64,000 bases of DNA from an uncultured Planctomycetaceae bacterium (GCA_963815195.1 CAWFGE010000007.1:128001-192000), one strand, 5' to 3'; numbered from the stretch's first letter, positions 43,203 through 53,390 are shown. Numbers and translations: made by a program. Notes: generated by a model from the letters alone, not told the origin.

Positions 43203-45301
43203 TTCGATTTTGATTCCGCCTTGGCAGTGGATGAATCGACGCGATAGACAACCGCCGTTCCTGAGACCAACCGCTGTTCAGAAATCCGCACAAACCGGAC
43301 GCCCGAAAACCGGCCCATTAGGATCTTCTTTTCGATACTGGGATCCAGAACCACAGCGTACACACTGCGATCGGGAAAGGCTTCGAGGACTTTATTCAGC
43401 GGGGCGAGTTCAGATCGAAATCGGCCGCGCAGGATCGGCCGATCGAGCGGCGGTATGTTTGTCACATAGTCAATATGCCGATCCGCGGGGTTGTTGGCAA
43501 TTAGCACAAGGGCCGGCCGCTGTTTGATGGTGCGATCCAACAGGTCATTAAACACGGCATAGTTTCGCCGCGCCCAAATATCCTCCTCAATCGCGGCCTG
43601 AAAGCGGGAAACATCCCACAGCGGCGGCAGCGAAACATAGGCAACAAGTAGGGAACAACCTGCCAGGCTAATCCACCAAACCACTAGGCCAATCCGTCCC
43701 GATTGCCGCCAGGCATTCATAAAATAGCAGGACACGCCGGCATAGATCAGCAAAACAAACGGAGCCGCCTCGAACACATAGTGCCAATAGCGGATGCCCA
43801 CATACCAATAGGGGATGTGGGCGATATGCAAAGAGAGAACCGCGAGGAACACGAGCCACCACCTGCCGTCTGACAAACTCGCACCCGATCGGCTTCGACC
43901 CGCCACAAATGGAAATACCGCGATCACCATCGCCAAGGGAACAACGCCTAGCACCCACTCGCCCGTGGCGACGAGCCGCTGTTGGACATTCCTTGCCGCG
44001 AGCGTCGGCGTAAGATTCTCCGCCCATTTGTCATAGTTTTCAACGACTTTTTTACTCGGATTGGACGCGGCCCGCTCGACGTTATTAAACCCATAGACAT
44101 GGCGGGGCGTGTAGATCTTAGTATAGAGTTCATAGGGCGTCGTCCAGGGGCTGCCCGTGAGTCGATAATCATAGACCAACATGGCCAGCAGGCCCAAGCC
44201 AATCGGCAAGCCTACGTTCAGTATGAGCAGCGACCGGCGGCGGAAGTTCCATCTCTTTTGCAGATCTTGATCCGAGTTTCGCAAACCGCGAATCCACCAA
44301 TAAACGAGCCAAATTCCGAACGGGAAGCCGATGCCGGCCGCCGTCATCGGCCGGCACAGCGTGGCGAAAATGAGGCCTAACCCGGCGAGAAAGGCATTCG
44401 CAAAGGACAATGTTCGCATCATGCGGAGAAACATCCAGGCGAAAAACGTCAGCCCGACCATTGTCGGATGATGCGCGAGCAACAACTGCGCGAAGAGTTG
44501 AATTCCCGGTGAAACCGCCGCCAATAAGCCGGCGAACAGGCCCGGGGCATTTCCCGCGAGTTCGCGGCCGATGGAAAACACGAACGCCGCGCTCAATGCG
44601 CCCGCGAGCCAATGCCCCCAATAGGGTTTGCCGAGGGCGACAAACGGGGCCATCCATAACGCCGTTCCGGGAAAATACCGGCCCGCGTGAACGCCGTTGT
44701 CGTTGAGCACGTGCATCTGATCGAAAAGCTGCGGGTATTGCGGATGGCTTGCATACGCCGCTCGGCCCGCGAGGAATGTCTGCGATTGAAATAAATAGCT
44801 ATATTCATCGTGCAAGGCGGGCGGCAGTTTGCACAACGGCATAACCCGTCTGGCAGACGGAGTATTGACCGCCACCCCAGTCGCCCCGATGCGAACGCTC
44901 ACGCTCCAAGACGTCAGTCCAACCAATGCCGCGAGAATGACTGCCCGGACAATTTCCGCGCGGGTTGTTGCTTCATGGGGTTTGGTTTCCGGGCCGAACC
45001 ACGTCCGCCAGAATCCGCGAGGCTCTCGTGGTTTGTGTTGTCTGATAAACCAGAATAGAGGCAGCAACAGAAATACGAAAAGCGGGAGGGTCGTGTCCAG
45101 ATTGATCGGCGTAAACCAACTCGCCCAGCCCGCCTTGGAATCGACCGCCTCGCGCAGCCGGAGAATTTCGATCGGCACGAAAATCGCCAGCCCGACAGCA
45201 ATTGCCCAAATAGTCAACGAGAGCGTCACGCGCTCGCTGGCAGGGCGGGAATGGTTGTCGGGCCGGGACGGGGTCTTAGTGGGATCGTTCGACATGCTCA
45301 T
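43199..45301 (-). CDS. Multi-TM protein, probable GT-C superfamily glycosyltransferase
   Basis: Many TM helices, an HDEYSY acidic motif in an early loop, RYFPG, and RYWHYVFE near the end of the TM domain. Confidence 0.6.
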   Translation of the reverse strand: MSMSNDPTKTPSRPDNHSRPASERVTLSLTIWAIAVGLAIFVPIEILRLREAVDSKAGWASWFTPINLDTTLPLFVFLLLPLFWFIRQHKPREPRGFWRTWFGPETKPHEATTRAEIVRAVILAALVGLTSWSVSVRIGATGVAVNTPSARRVMPLCKLPPALHDEYSYLFQSQTFLAGRAAYASHPQYPQLFDQMHVLNDNGVHAGRYFPGTALWMAPFVALGKPYWGHWLAGALSAAFVFSIGRELAGNAPGLFAGLLAAVSPGIQLFAQLLLAHHPTMVGLTFFAWMFLRMMRTLSFANAFLAGLGLIFATLCRPMTAAGIGFPFGIWLVYWWIRGLRNSDQDLQKRWNFRRRSLLILNVGLPIGLGLLAMLVYDYRLTGSPWTTPYELYTKIYTPRHVYGFNNVERAASNPSKKVVENYDKWAENLTPTLAARNVQQRLVATGEWVLGVVPLAMVIAVFPFVAGRSRSGASLSDGRWWLVFLAVLSLHIAHIPYWYVGIRYWHYVFEAAPFVLLIYAGVSCYFMNAWRQSGRIGLVVWWISLAGCSLLVAYVSLPPLWDVSRFQAAIEEDIWARRNYAVFNDLLDRTIKQRPALVLIANNPADRHIDYVTNIPPLDRPILRGRFRSELAPLNKVLEAFPDRSVYAVVLDPSIEKKILMGRFSGVRFVRISEQRLVSGTAVVYRVDSSTAKAESKSK

Positions 45302-45352
45302 GCGGCGGTCGCCGAGTCACTTCTCTTATATATATATGTTCGACTGGCGCCG

Positions 45353-46102
45353 TCACTCCTTCTCGAGTCCCGCTTCGTCGAGGATCTTTTGGGCCTCGTC
45401 CGGGCCGATCTCGTGGACATAGATGTTACGCCAGCGAATCTCGCCGCCGTGGGTTTGCAGCATAATTGGACCTTTTGCGGGCAGCGGCATTTTCCTTTGC
45501 GGGTCCCAGTAGTTTTCCATCACGGCCCCGTCCACGACGAGTTTGTCGTTGAGCCAAACCCATGTCCGCGAACCGACCTGGCGAATGCGGAAATTGTTCC
45601 ATTCGCCGAAGGGGCGGTCAGCGTGCATGAGGGGCAATTGGCCGGGGGCGTTTTTGGAATTATTGAACAGGCCGCCCGAGCCTTTGTCGGCGTTGCGGTC
45701 CCATTTGCCGCCTTCTTTGGTGGTGTCCCAAATCTGCACTTGGGGCGTGCCTCGCAGATAGATTCCGCTGTCGGCCTTGGCGACGGTTTTATAGTCGATC
45801 CGCAATTCGATGTCGCCGAACTCTTCGTTGGTCGTCGCATAAGGTCCCGTGCCTGAATTGACGAGTTCGCCGTTGTCGACGGACCAATGTTTCGCAAACT
45901 CGTCGCGCATTTTTTTGAGGGCGGCCGCTTTCTTTTCGCCTTCGAGCTTAGTGACGGAATGCGGATTCAAGCCGTACCAACCCGTGAGATCCCGGCCGTT
46001 AAACAGGGCGCGAAAGCCCTTGGGCGGCATCGGCGCGGCGGCCTCGACATCCCACACCGGAACAACAGCCAACGCGACCAAAAGTAACCAAACATTTTTC
46101 AT
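45353..46102 (-). CDS. DUF1080 (3-keto-disaccharide hydrolase) family protein
   Basis: LFNGRDLTGW, DSGIYLRG, QVQIWD, GEWN and LQTHGGEIRWRNI. Confidence 0.92.
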   Translation of the reverse strand: MKNVWLLLVALAVVPVWDVEAAAPMPPKGFRALFNGRDLTGWYGLNPHSVTKLEGEKKAAALKKMRDEFAKHWSVDNGELVNSGTGPYATTNEEFGDIELRIDYKTVAKADSGIYLRGTPQVQIWDTTKEGGKWDRNADKGSGGLFNNSKNAPGQLPLMHADRPFGEWNNFRIRQVGSRTWVWLNDKLVVDGAVMENYWDPQRKMPLPAKGPIMLQTHGGEIRWRNIYVHEIGPDEAQKILDEAGLEKE

Positions 46103-46196
46103 AGTGGAGCCTTTGCAAGTTTTGGTGGATGAATAGGAATCGGACCACAGCCTATCATGGCCGGTTTTGGCGGCGGGATCAAGTTGACGCGTCCGG

Positions 46197-48644
46197 TCAC
46201 TGGGACCGGCTTGGCCGGCCGGGCGGAGGCGGCGGCGGTTGTTGCCAATTCCAGTCCGATTGGTAATGGATATCAAGATGCGGCGTGGGCAGCAGTCGGC
46301 CCCCGTTCTTTTTGGAGGTGAGCAGGGCGTCGAGCGTTCCGGTGGTCAAGAGCGTCCGCTCGACCGGCCAGGTCGGAACGCCGGTTTGCATCATCTTTTC
46401 GATGCCCCGGAGCAGATAGTTGAAATGATGATAAGGCCTCGCTTCCTGCGTCCAAAAAACGGTCGATTGAATCTCGGGCTCGTCTTCCGACCGCCAGGCG
46501 ACCGCCCATTCCGCAATCGCGGGGTTTAACGTGAAGATATTGGCTTTTAATCCATCTTGATATTGGATGGTAAACAGCACCGGTTCGGGAACGAGATCTT
46601 CAATGCGCTTGCCGGGCTTAAGGGGACGTTCCTTGAGTCGCGACAGGGCCTCGTCCAGGAGTTTCGGGTCGTAGACGCCTTCCTTTTCCGCTTCCCAGAC
46701 CGCGGCACCCACTCGGCACTGCACAGACTTGACGCCGGTCTCTCCGCCGTGCCGGCGCTCCACGAGCGATTGCACCATCTCCAAAGCATGAAAGCCGTAG
46801 GTGTCGAGCCGATGGTAAGACACCGCGACGATTTCTTTGAGCTTCGCATCGCGTTTGACATCGATCGGCGGATAACGCCAAAGCACGGGCAGCGAAGAAC
46901 CGGCCATCATCGGAATCTTCATCTCTTGGGCGGTGTCATAGATCCACTTGGCATCGGTCCAATTGTCCGAAAGATGTTTATCCGAGAACACCGGCACGAC
47001 GCGGCCGGTCTCGCGAAAGGTTTTAGCAATTTCCCCAAACAGCCGCCGCTTGGGATATTGAATCTGCCCGGTGTCGGATTCGGGATACTTGCCGTGCTCG
47101 GCAATCATCATCACGCCATCGACGGCTAAGGTATTCGTTCCGCCTGTTAAGGCACTCGGTATGTTCTTATACACAGGGATGCGGGATTCCATTGCAAGAC
47201 TGCGGCCTATATCGTTTTGCGGGATTTGATCGATATAGAGACTGCTGAGATCGAGCGGCGGCGTGTCGCCCTCGAAGTCGAGCGTATCGGTTTGCATCAA
47301 CCGGCTGAGCAGCACATCGGCATGGGAGTTGTGATAGTAAACCGTGGTGACGCCGGCGACGCGGGGAATTCGCAGGGCGTGCACGGTGAGAGGATAGATC
47401 GTCGTGACATAAACCGTGCCGTCTTTCGCGGCGCAGATGCCCATCACCACATAACGCGGCTGCAAAGGTTCGCCCGCGGGTTGATGGACGCCATGATGCC
47501 AGGGCAGCGTTTTGCCGCTACCATCGTTGAATTCCGTGTAATCGGGATTGGAAATCGCCAGCGGTCCGTGATCGGTGGGAGCTTTGTCGCCGGGATGATA
47601 GCTCACGACGCAGAGCCGCTGTTTGCCATCCGGATAGGTCGCCGCCACGCCGGCCCAGACCGTTTTGTCCGGGGCGACGCACATGGCCCGGCAATCGGTT
47701 TTTTTGGCTTTGGGAACGAGCGGCCCGAGCGAAACGCCGTGGAGGGTTTCGCCTTCCTGGGTCAGATCGTAGCGGTAGAGTTGGTTGCCGCTCATCGCGA
47801 CGGCATAGAGCGTTTTGCGGTCGGGCGAGATGTCCCAGTTGATGGGATGCCCCGTAGGATGGGCTAATAGAGAATCCTTACCTAGAGGTTTGCCGTCGAT
47901 GGTTTGCTTGAGGCGGTCTAGTTTTTTCGCATCCGGGTTATAACGGGCGATGTCGCCGCCCAGGATTGGATGATAGGCCCGGCCGAGGTAATCGACGACG
48001 ATAAAGGCATACATATGCCGGCAGTCTAGGAGATCGGTGTACTTGCCGGTCTTCAGGTCGAGCACCATAAAGTGCGTGCTGTCGGTGGGCCGCTCGTCGG
48101 AGCTTGTGCTGATATAGGCGATGCCTCGATCTTCGTCCGGCGTGACGCTGATAACGCCTTGATGCGGAACGGGAATATCATAGACGCGGGTGGTTTTGGT
48201 TTTCGGGTCGTAGACCATCGGGTATCCGCCGGGGTAGTCGCCCCGCGATTCGCCGTCTTTGGGATAGCCCTGCTTGGTGCCGAAGTAGATCTTGCCGCTT
48301 TTGCCGACGTTGTTTCTGGTATGGATTTTGGCCTGGGCGGCGAACCCGGTGGCGGTGGTGCCGATTTCTTTATGGGCATCGACCACGACCTCCATTTTCT
48401 CCGTCGGTGGATCGTAGGCGACGAGGTAGGCATTGTGCCGGTACTTGGCGGTGCCGATGTAGATCTTGCCGTCCTGGCCTTCGATGATCGAGAAATATCC
48501 GCTGCCTTCGCTGGTGGTGTGCTTGGGCACGGCATGGGCTTTCGTCCAGACCCAATGCGGCATCAAGGGCTCCGCGCACTCGACCGCAGAAATCATGAGC
48601 GAAAAGAGAATCCCCAAGCCCGCCAGCCATGTTCTTGATAACAT
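46197..48644 (-). CDS. Exported two-domain protein: beta-propeller-like N-half fused to an oxidoreductase-like C-half
   Basis: Signal peptide and repeated GKIY[IF]GT blades. The C-half has SHADVLLSR, AVDGVMMIAEHGKYP, PVFSDKHLS, MAGSS and YGFHALE. Confidence 0.7.
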   Translation of the reverse strand: MLSRTWLAGLGILFSLMISAVECAEPLMPHWVWTKAHAVPKHTTSEGSGYFSIIEGQDGKIYIGTAKYRHNAYLVAYDPPTEKMEVVVDAHKEIGTTATGFAAQAKIHTRNNVGKSGKIYFGTKQGYPKDGESRGDYPGGYPMVYDPKTKTTRVYDIPVPHQGVISVTPDEDRGIAYISTSSDERPTDSTHFMVLDLKTGKYTDLLDCRHMYAFIVVDYLGRAYHPILGGDIARYNPDAKKLDRLKQTIDGKPLGKDSLLAHPTGHPINWDISPDRKTLYAVAMSGNQLYRYDLTQEGETLHGVSLGPLVPKAKKTDCRAMCVAPDKTVWAGVAATYPDGKQRLCVVSYHPGDKAPTDHGPLAISNPDYTEFNDGSGKTLPWHHGVHQPAGEPLQPRYVVMGICAAKDGTVYVTTIYPLTVHALRIPRVAGVTTVYYHNSHADVLLSRLMQTDTLDFEGDTPPLDLSSLYIDQIPQNDIGRSLAMESRIPVYKNIPSALTGGTNTLAVDGVMMIAEHGKYPESDTGQIQYPKRRLFGEIAKTFRETGRVVPVFSDKHLSDNWTDAKWIYDTAQEMKIPMMAGSSLPVLWRYPPIDVKRDAKLKEIVAVSYHRLDTYGFHALEMVQSLVERRHGGETGVKSVQCRVGAAVWEAEKEGVYDPKLLDEALSRLKERPLKPGKRIEDLVPEPVLFTIQYQDGLKANIFTLNPAIAEWAVAWRSEDEPEIQSTVFWTQEARPYHHFNYLLRGIEKMMQTGVPTWPVERTLLTTGTLDALLTSKKNGGRLLPTPHLDIHYQSDWNWQQPPPPPPGRPSRSQ

Positions 48645-48826
48645 CGTCCACCTCGTCTTAACGAAATCGTTGAGTGCCCGCCTGCCACGATGTTCGCTTT
48701 GGGGACAAAGTGCAAGTCCACGCGATCTTCTTTTTCCGCGGACGTCGCCTCACACCTTTGAAATGCGGACGGGGGGATGCTTCAATGAAAGTGGAAGTCC
48801 GTGGCCCATTTCAGGGAAAGCAATTT

Positions 48827-49420
48827 ATGGGAGAATATCAGGCGTGCCTTTGTTGCGGGCAGATTCATCGCGTGCCCGCGCTCGAACCGGCGCAGGTCGC
48901 GGCGTGCGTGCGGTGCGGGGCGAGATTGACGAATCCCCGCGAAGCCGACCGCGCCGCGATGCAAACCGCGGCGGCGGCCTTGGGGGCGTTCATCCTGTTC
49001 TGGCCCGCGGTCTTGTTGCCGATCCTCGAAATCGAACGCCTCGGCCATCATCACAAATCCAGTTTGCTCGGGGGCATTTTTGAGATGCTCGGCCACGGCG
49101 AGTGGTTCGTGGGCGCGATCGTGCTCTTGTTTTCGATCGTGTTTCCCCTGGTCAAAATCGCGCTGTTATTGGAACTCAGCCTCGTGAAACTTTTGCACCG
49201 CCGGCATCGCGCCTTGACCTATCGGCTTATGGAAGGCACCGGCCGCTGGAGCATGATGGATGTGATGCTGCTTGCGTTTCTGGTGATGCTCGTCAAACTC
49301 GGCGGGATTGTTGCCTTCCACATCGGGCCGGGGGTGGTGGCGTTCAGTTTGTGCGTGATCCTGAGCCTCGCGGCGTCGATGCGGTTTCACCCCGAGCAGA
49401 TTTGGGAGGACGGCCAATGA
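48827..49420 (+). CDS. pqiA: Paraquat-inducible protein A-like, single domain (alternative start 48785)
   Basis: CxxC..CxRCG, FSIVFPLVK and GRWSMMDV. Confidence 0.88.
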   Translation: MGEYQACLCCGQIHRVPALEPAQVAACVRCGARLTNPREADRAAMQTAAAALGAFILFWPAVLLPILEIERLGHHHKSSLLGGIFEMLGHGEWFVGAIVLLFSIVFPLVKIALLLELSLVKLLHRRHRALTYRLMEGTGRWSMMDVMLLAFLVMLVKLGGIVAFHIGPGVVAFSLCVILSLAASMRFHPEQIWEDGQ

Positions 49421-51243
49421 CCGAGGGTGCGCCCCCGCCGCCGACCGGCGAAGCGGATTTTCCCGTGGCGGAGGTTCAGCCGGCCGGCTGGTCCTTCGGG
49501 CGTTGGCTCAGGCGAACGTGGCCGATCTGGGTCATTGGCCTGGCGTCGTTGGGCGTGGCGGCGGCGCTTGTGATGATCTCACAGGGTTCGTCGGGGCCGC
49601 GAATTGTTGTGAAATTCGCGGAGGGGCACGGGATCAAGCCAGGCGACCGGTTGCGGCATCGCGGCATCGATGTCGGCGAGGTGACCGGCGTCGAACTCGG
49701 CCCGCGGCTCGAAGACGTGCTGATTACCGTGGAACTCGCGCCGGCCGCCCACGGCATCGCCCGCCAAGGCAGCCGGTTTTGGATCGAACGGCCGCGGATC
49801 AGCCTTTCGCGAATCAGCGGCTTGGAGACCGTCGTCGGCGCGAAGTACGTGGGCGTGTTGCCGGGGCCGCCCGACGCGGCGCCGCAGTTCGAGTTCGAGG
49901 GTATGGACACGCCGCCCTTGTTCCACAATGCCGACTCGGTGGAAATCACGGTGCAATTTCAGAACGGCTACGGACTCGCGGCGGGGGATGTGGTGAAGCA
50001 TCGCGGCATCGTCGTCGGCGAAGTTGCGAGCGTGGAGCCCGATCCGAAGTTTCAAAGCATCGAAGTCCGCGTGCGGCTTATCGGGCGGGCCACGGGTTTC
50101 GCCCGCGCCGGCAGCCAGTTTTGGATCGAACGGCCCCGATTGAGCATCGCGGAAGTGCGCGGCCTCGAAACATTGATCGGCGGGCGTTTTCTCGCCGTGT
50201 TGCCCGGTTCGCCCAACGGAAAACCGCAGCGTTCGTTCGTCGGTTTGGAATCGGCCCCGCAAGGCGAACTTCCCGCGGGCGGATTGGAGATCCTGCTGCA
50301 AGGCTCCATCAAGCACGGCCTGGCCCCCGGCACGCCGGTGCTCTACCGCGGCCAGCACGTGGGGCGGATTCTCTCCGTGGGACTCGCCCATGACGCGGCC
50401 AGCGTCGATGCCCGCGCGTATATCCAGCCCGACTATCGCAACCTGATCCGCGACAACACGCAGTTCTGGAGCAACAGCGGCCTGCAACTTCGCTTGGGGC
50501 TTTCGGGGCTGGAGTTCAACACCGAAACGCTTTCCAGCCTCGCACTTGGCGGCGTGACGTTTGCGACGCCGACCTCGCCGGGCAAACCCGTCACGACGGG
50601 CCACCGGTTTCCCATCGCGGCGAAGCCCGATTCCGATTGGCTGGAATGGCAGCCCCGCATCGCCGTGGGCGCGGGCTTGATCGGCAATGGAGTTTCCATG
50701 CCATCGCCCCAGCGAGCCAGCCTGCGGTGGTCGGAATCGTTCCTGGGCATCGGCCGCACCAAACGCCGGCAAGGCTGGGTCTTGGTGCTCGACAAGGGCC
50801 GCGAACTGCTTGGCCCTGCCGACTTGCTGACGCCGGCCCAAGAGGCCGATGATGAGACGATCCTGGAAGTCAGCGGGCGAGAGATCAAGATCACCAAAGG
50901 AAAAGCGAAAGTCGTCGACGGCATCGCATTCTATTCCATCGAGGGCGAGCCGATTTCGCCGGAATCCGCCTGGCCGATCAAACGTTTGCGGTCGCCGGAG
51001 GAGTTGGAATCTTCGCTGTTGATTGCCGACCCGCAAACGCCGAAAGTTCCGCTGGCTGCCGCGAGGCTTTCCCCCAGCGAAGATCAAAAGACCTGGTTGA
51101 TCGATTCGTCCGTGCCGATCGATGGCAGCTGGCATGGCGCGTGTTTGATCTCCGTCAAAGACGGGGACCTGATCGGCATCGTGCTCGCCGACGAAACCCC
51201 GGCCCGCGTCGCGGTGATCCCGCCGAAGTTGGAAATTCCATAG
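49417..51243 (+). CDS. pqiB: PqiB-like protein with three MCE domains and an extra C-terminal domain
   Basis: ATGA overlap with pqiA and three repeats of the GxxxGxxVxxRGxxVGxV...SxFW pattern. Confidence 0.85.
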   Translation: MTEGAPPPPTGEADFPVAEVQPAGWSFGRWLRRTWPIWVIGLASLGVAAALVMISQGSSGPRIVVKFAEGHGIKPGDRLRHRGIDVGEVTGVELGPRLEDVLITVELAPAAHGIARQGSRFWIERPRISLSRISGLETVVGAKYVGVLPGPPDAAPQFEFEGMDTPPLFHNADSVEITVQFQNGYGLAAGDVVKHRGIVVGEVASVEPDPKFQSIEVRVRLIGRATGFARAGSQFWIERPRLSIAEVRGLETLIGGRFLAVLPGSPNGKPQRSFVGLESAPQGELPAGGLEILLQGSIKHGLAPGTPVLYRGQHVGRILSVGLAHDAASVDARAYIQPDYRNLIRDNTQFWSNSGLQLRLGLSGLEFNTETLSSLALGGVTFATPTSPGKPVTTGHRFPIAAKPDSDWLEWQPRIAVGAGLIGNGVSMPSPQRASLRWSESFLGIGRTKRRQGWVLVLDKGRELLGPADLLTPAQEADDETILEVSGREIKITKGKAKVVDGIAFYSIEGEPISPESAWPIKRLRSPEELESSLLIADPQTPKVPLAAARLSPSEDQKTWLIDSSVPIDGSWHGACLISVKDGDLIGIVLADETPARVAVIPPKLEIP

Positions 51244-51289
51244 TGCCGAACGCCGGAGGGGGATTCCTACCGGTTCCCACATTCGGCCC

Positions 51290-51409
51290 CACCCAAGACC
51301 TTCGGCACCATCGGCCTTCGATTTCAGAATGTTGGATAAATTGGGACAACAAAGTTCCTATATTTATGAGCTATTCGGCGGCGGACTGACTAAGTTCTTT
51401 AAAAAGTGA
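51290..51409 (+). pseudogene. Possible 3' remnant of a toxin gene (JAB-like HP..PSxxD tip)
   Basis: The frame reads HPRPSAPSAFDFRMLDKLGQQSSYIYELFGGGLTKFFKK*, is AT-richer than its surroundings and stops 11 bp before the next ATG. Confidence 0.4.
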
Positions 51410-51611
51410 GGGAGTTTGTCATGGCTATACTGATAGGCGGAAAGACTAGGTGCGTCCTTTGTGGTGGCGTGATCGGAACGTCTGCAGAAGCGTTGGGGTT
51501 TCCTGCATTTGTACCCAACGGGCATAAATTTTCGAAATTCTCCGACAGTGCATTTCACCGAACCTGCTTTGTAGAATGGCAACACCATGAGGAGTTCGAA
51601 GAACTATTCAA

Positions 51612-53390
51612 CCCGGATTATTCATCAGGTCCGTGCGTGGTGAGTATTTCCGTGGCGGAAAGTGCACCGGGTGGTTGGGGAGCGGAGGATGGGCGGACCG
51701 CCCCCTTTCCCCCTGGGGCCTGGCGATCGTTGGGTGAGTGAAGGAAAGAAACAGAAAGGCGGATGCCACGATGGCGAACTGCTCAGTCCCGAAGAACCAG
51801 TTGCTCATGGGCGTGACGTGGGAGAGGTGTGTAGGGCCGCGGGCGAGCTCCGCGCGGACGTGGCCAGAGGTTGGCCAGACGCAGCGATCGGATGCGGGAA
51901 GACATCGCGGCCCAAAACGCGCTCACGCTTTCCTCAATGTAAATCACGAGGCGGCGGGAGTGCTTCACGACCCGCGCTCCTGTCCGCAGCACCGACTGCT
52001 GGAAACGATGCAAGTCCCAGCAACCGCCCAACTCGTCCTCGAACTCGATCCGCAGCATCGACGCCAGGTTGAACGCCAGCAGGCCCAACAGCAACGTCAC
52101 TTCGTTCTCCGCAAACACCGATGACGAAAGACGGCAGCCAATCACCGCGTTGAATTCGCCCAGCCGGTCCTCGAACGTGCCGCGCTTGCGGTAGTGCGAC
52201 AACACCTCATCCGCCGAGCGTTGCTCCTCGGTCCAGTTTGTGATCAGGAAGAAGTAACGCGGAAACAGAGCCAGTTGGCCCGTCTTCGCCTCCGGCTTGT
52301 CGACGATGACCAGAATCACCCGCTGCGGATGACGCCAGCCCTCGGCTTGGTACTTTCCGAGTTCGATCACGTCCTCATATCCGCCTTTGGGCGGCCGGCC
52401 TACGGGACGTGTCAGATAGGGCGCGGCCATCTCTTCCAGCACGTTGTTCTTCTTGATTCTCCCGCAAAAACGGATGTTTTCGTCGGTCAACTCATCCAAC
52501 ACCGGGCCGGCGATGAAACCCGCATCGATCCGGAGGTCGAAGCTCCACGCCAGTTGCCGGGCCTTGCCGACCACGTTGCGAATAAACCGCCGGATGCCAT
52601 TGGCCGTATGCACGCTGCCTTGCCGCAGGATGGCATGAATGAAGCCGTTGCCCAGCCGCTGGCCTTCCCGCGTGCTATCGTAGTCGCCGCCGACCGAGAA
52701 ACTAGCGACCAGCGGATGATAGACGGTCTCCTTGTAGTAACCGTTGTAGCGGGCCCCCGGCTGCTGGCCATAAACCTGCATCGGGAAACTGTCGATGTCG
52801 ATGGTGGCGTAGCGGACGCGGCGGTCGCTGTCGCCGGTGCTTTTGATGTGCCGATGGATCCAGTCGAACAAGGCGCTCCGCACGGCCTCGAGATTCGTCT
52901 TGCAGTCGGCCAGCCAATCGATGAGCCGGGATTGAGTGGGTTGGCTGGCCAGGCGTTGGTTGAGCACTTCTTCGCCGGGCCGGTCCCACGCGGCCATCTT
53001 CATAGCGGGATCATGGGCGAGCCGGTCGAGATCATCCTGATCGGACTCTCCCAGGGCCATGGCGTAGATTCTTTCCCGCAGCAGTTCGACGCCTTGATAG
53101 CGGACGCGGTCTTGCTGGCGAGGATCGATCAGTTGATCCGCGAGCGATTCGGTGAGTCCGAGCCGATGATCGAAGTCCCGCAGCAGAACGGCACCGGAGT
53201 GTGACGTGAGCCGCCCATCGACGGCCTTGACCTTGATGGAACGATTGAAATCGGGCTCGAAAATGTTAGGCTGAACTTCACCCATCGCGTGATTCCTCCG
53301 TTTGGTTTCGGGATTGCGGTATACCACTTAAACGCAGAGGGTCACGCGATGGTTCCTTCTTTTTTCATCTTTTTTGGTGAATAATCCGGG
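51612..53390 (-). mobile_element. IS1380-family insertion sequence, 1779 bp
   Basis: Terminal IRs CCCGGATTATTCA(T/C)CA match at 15/16; 5-bp target duplication TTCAA at 51607-51611 and 53391-53395. Confidence 0.93.
51783..53285 (-). CDS. IS1380-family DDE transposase
   Basis: LTSHSGAVLL, LASQPTQSR, IDIDS, YNGYY..YHPL, RIDAGF and YRKRGTFE. Confidence 0.93.
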   Translation of the reverse strand: MGEVQPNIFEPDFNRSIKVKAVDGRLTSHSGAVLLRDFDHRLGLTESLADQLIDPRQQDRVRYQGVELLRERIYAMALGESDQDDLDRLAHDPAMKMAAWDRPGEEVLNQRLASQPTQSRLIDWLADCKTNLEAVRSALFDWIHRHIKSTGDSDRRVRYATIDIDSFPMQVYGQQPGARYNGYYKETVYHPLVASFSVGGDYDSTREGQRLGNGFIHAILRQGSVHTANGIRRFIRNVVGKARQLAWSFDLRIDAGFIAGPVLDELTDENIRFCGRIKKNNVLEEMAAPYLTRPVGRPPKGGYEDVIELGKYQAEGWRHPQRVILVIVDKPEAKTGQLALFPRYFFLITNWTEEQRSADEVLSHYRKRGTFEDRLGEFNAVIGCRLSSSVFAENEVTLLLGLLAFNLASMLRIEFEDELGGCWDLHRFQQSVLRTGARVVKHSRRLVIYIEESVSAFWAAMSSRIRSLRLANLWPRPRGARPRPYTPLPRHAHEQLVLRD

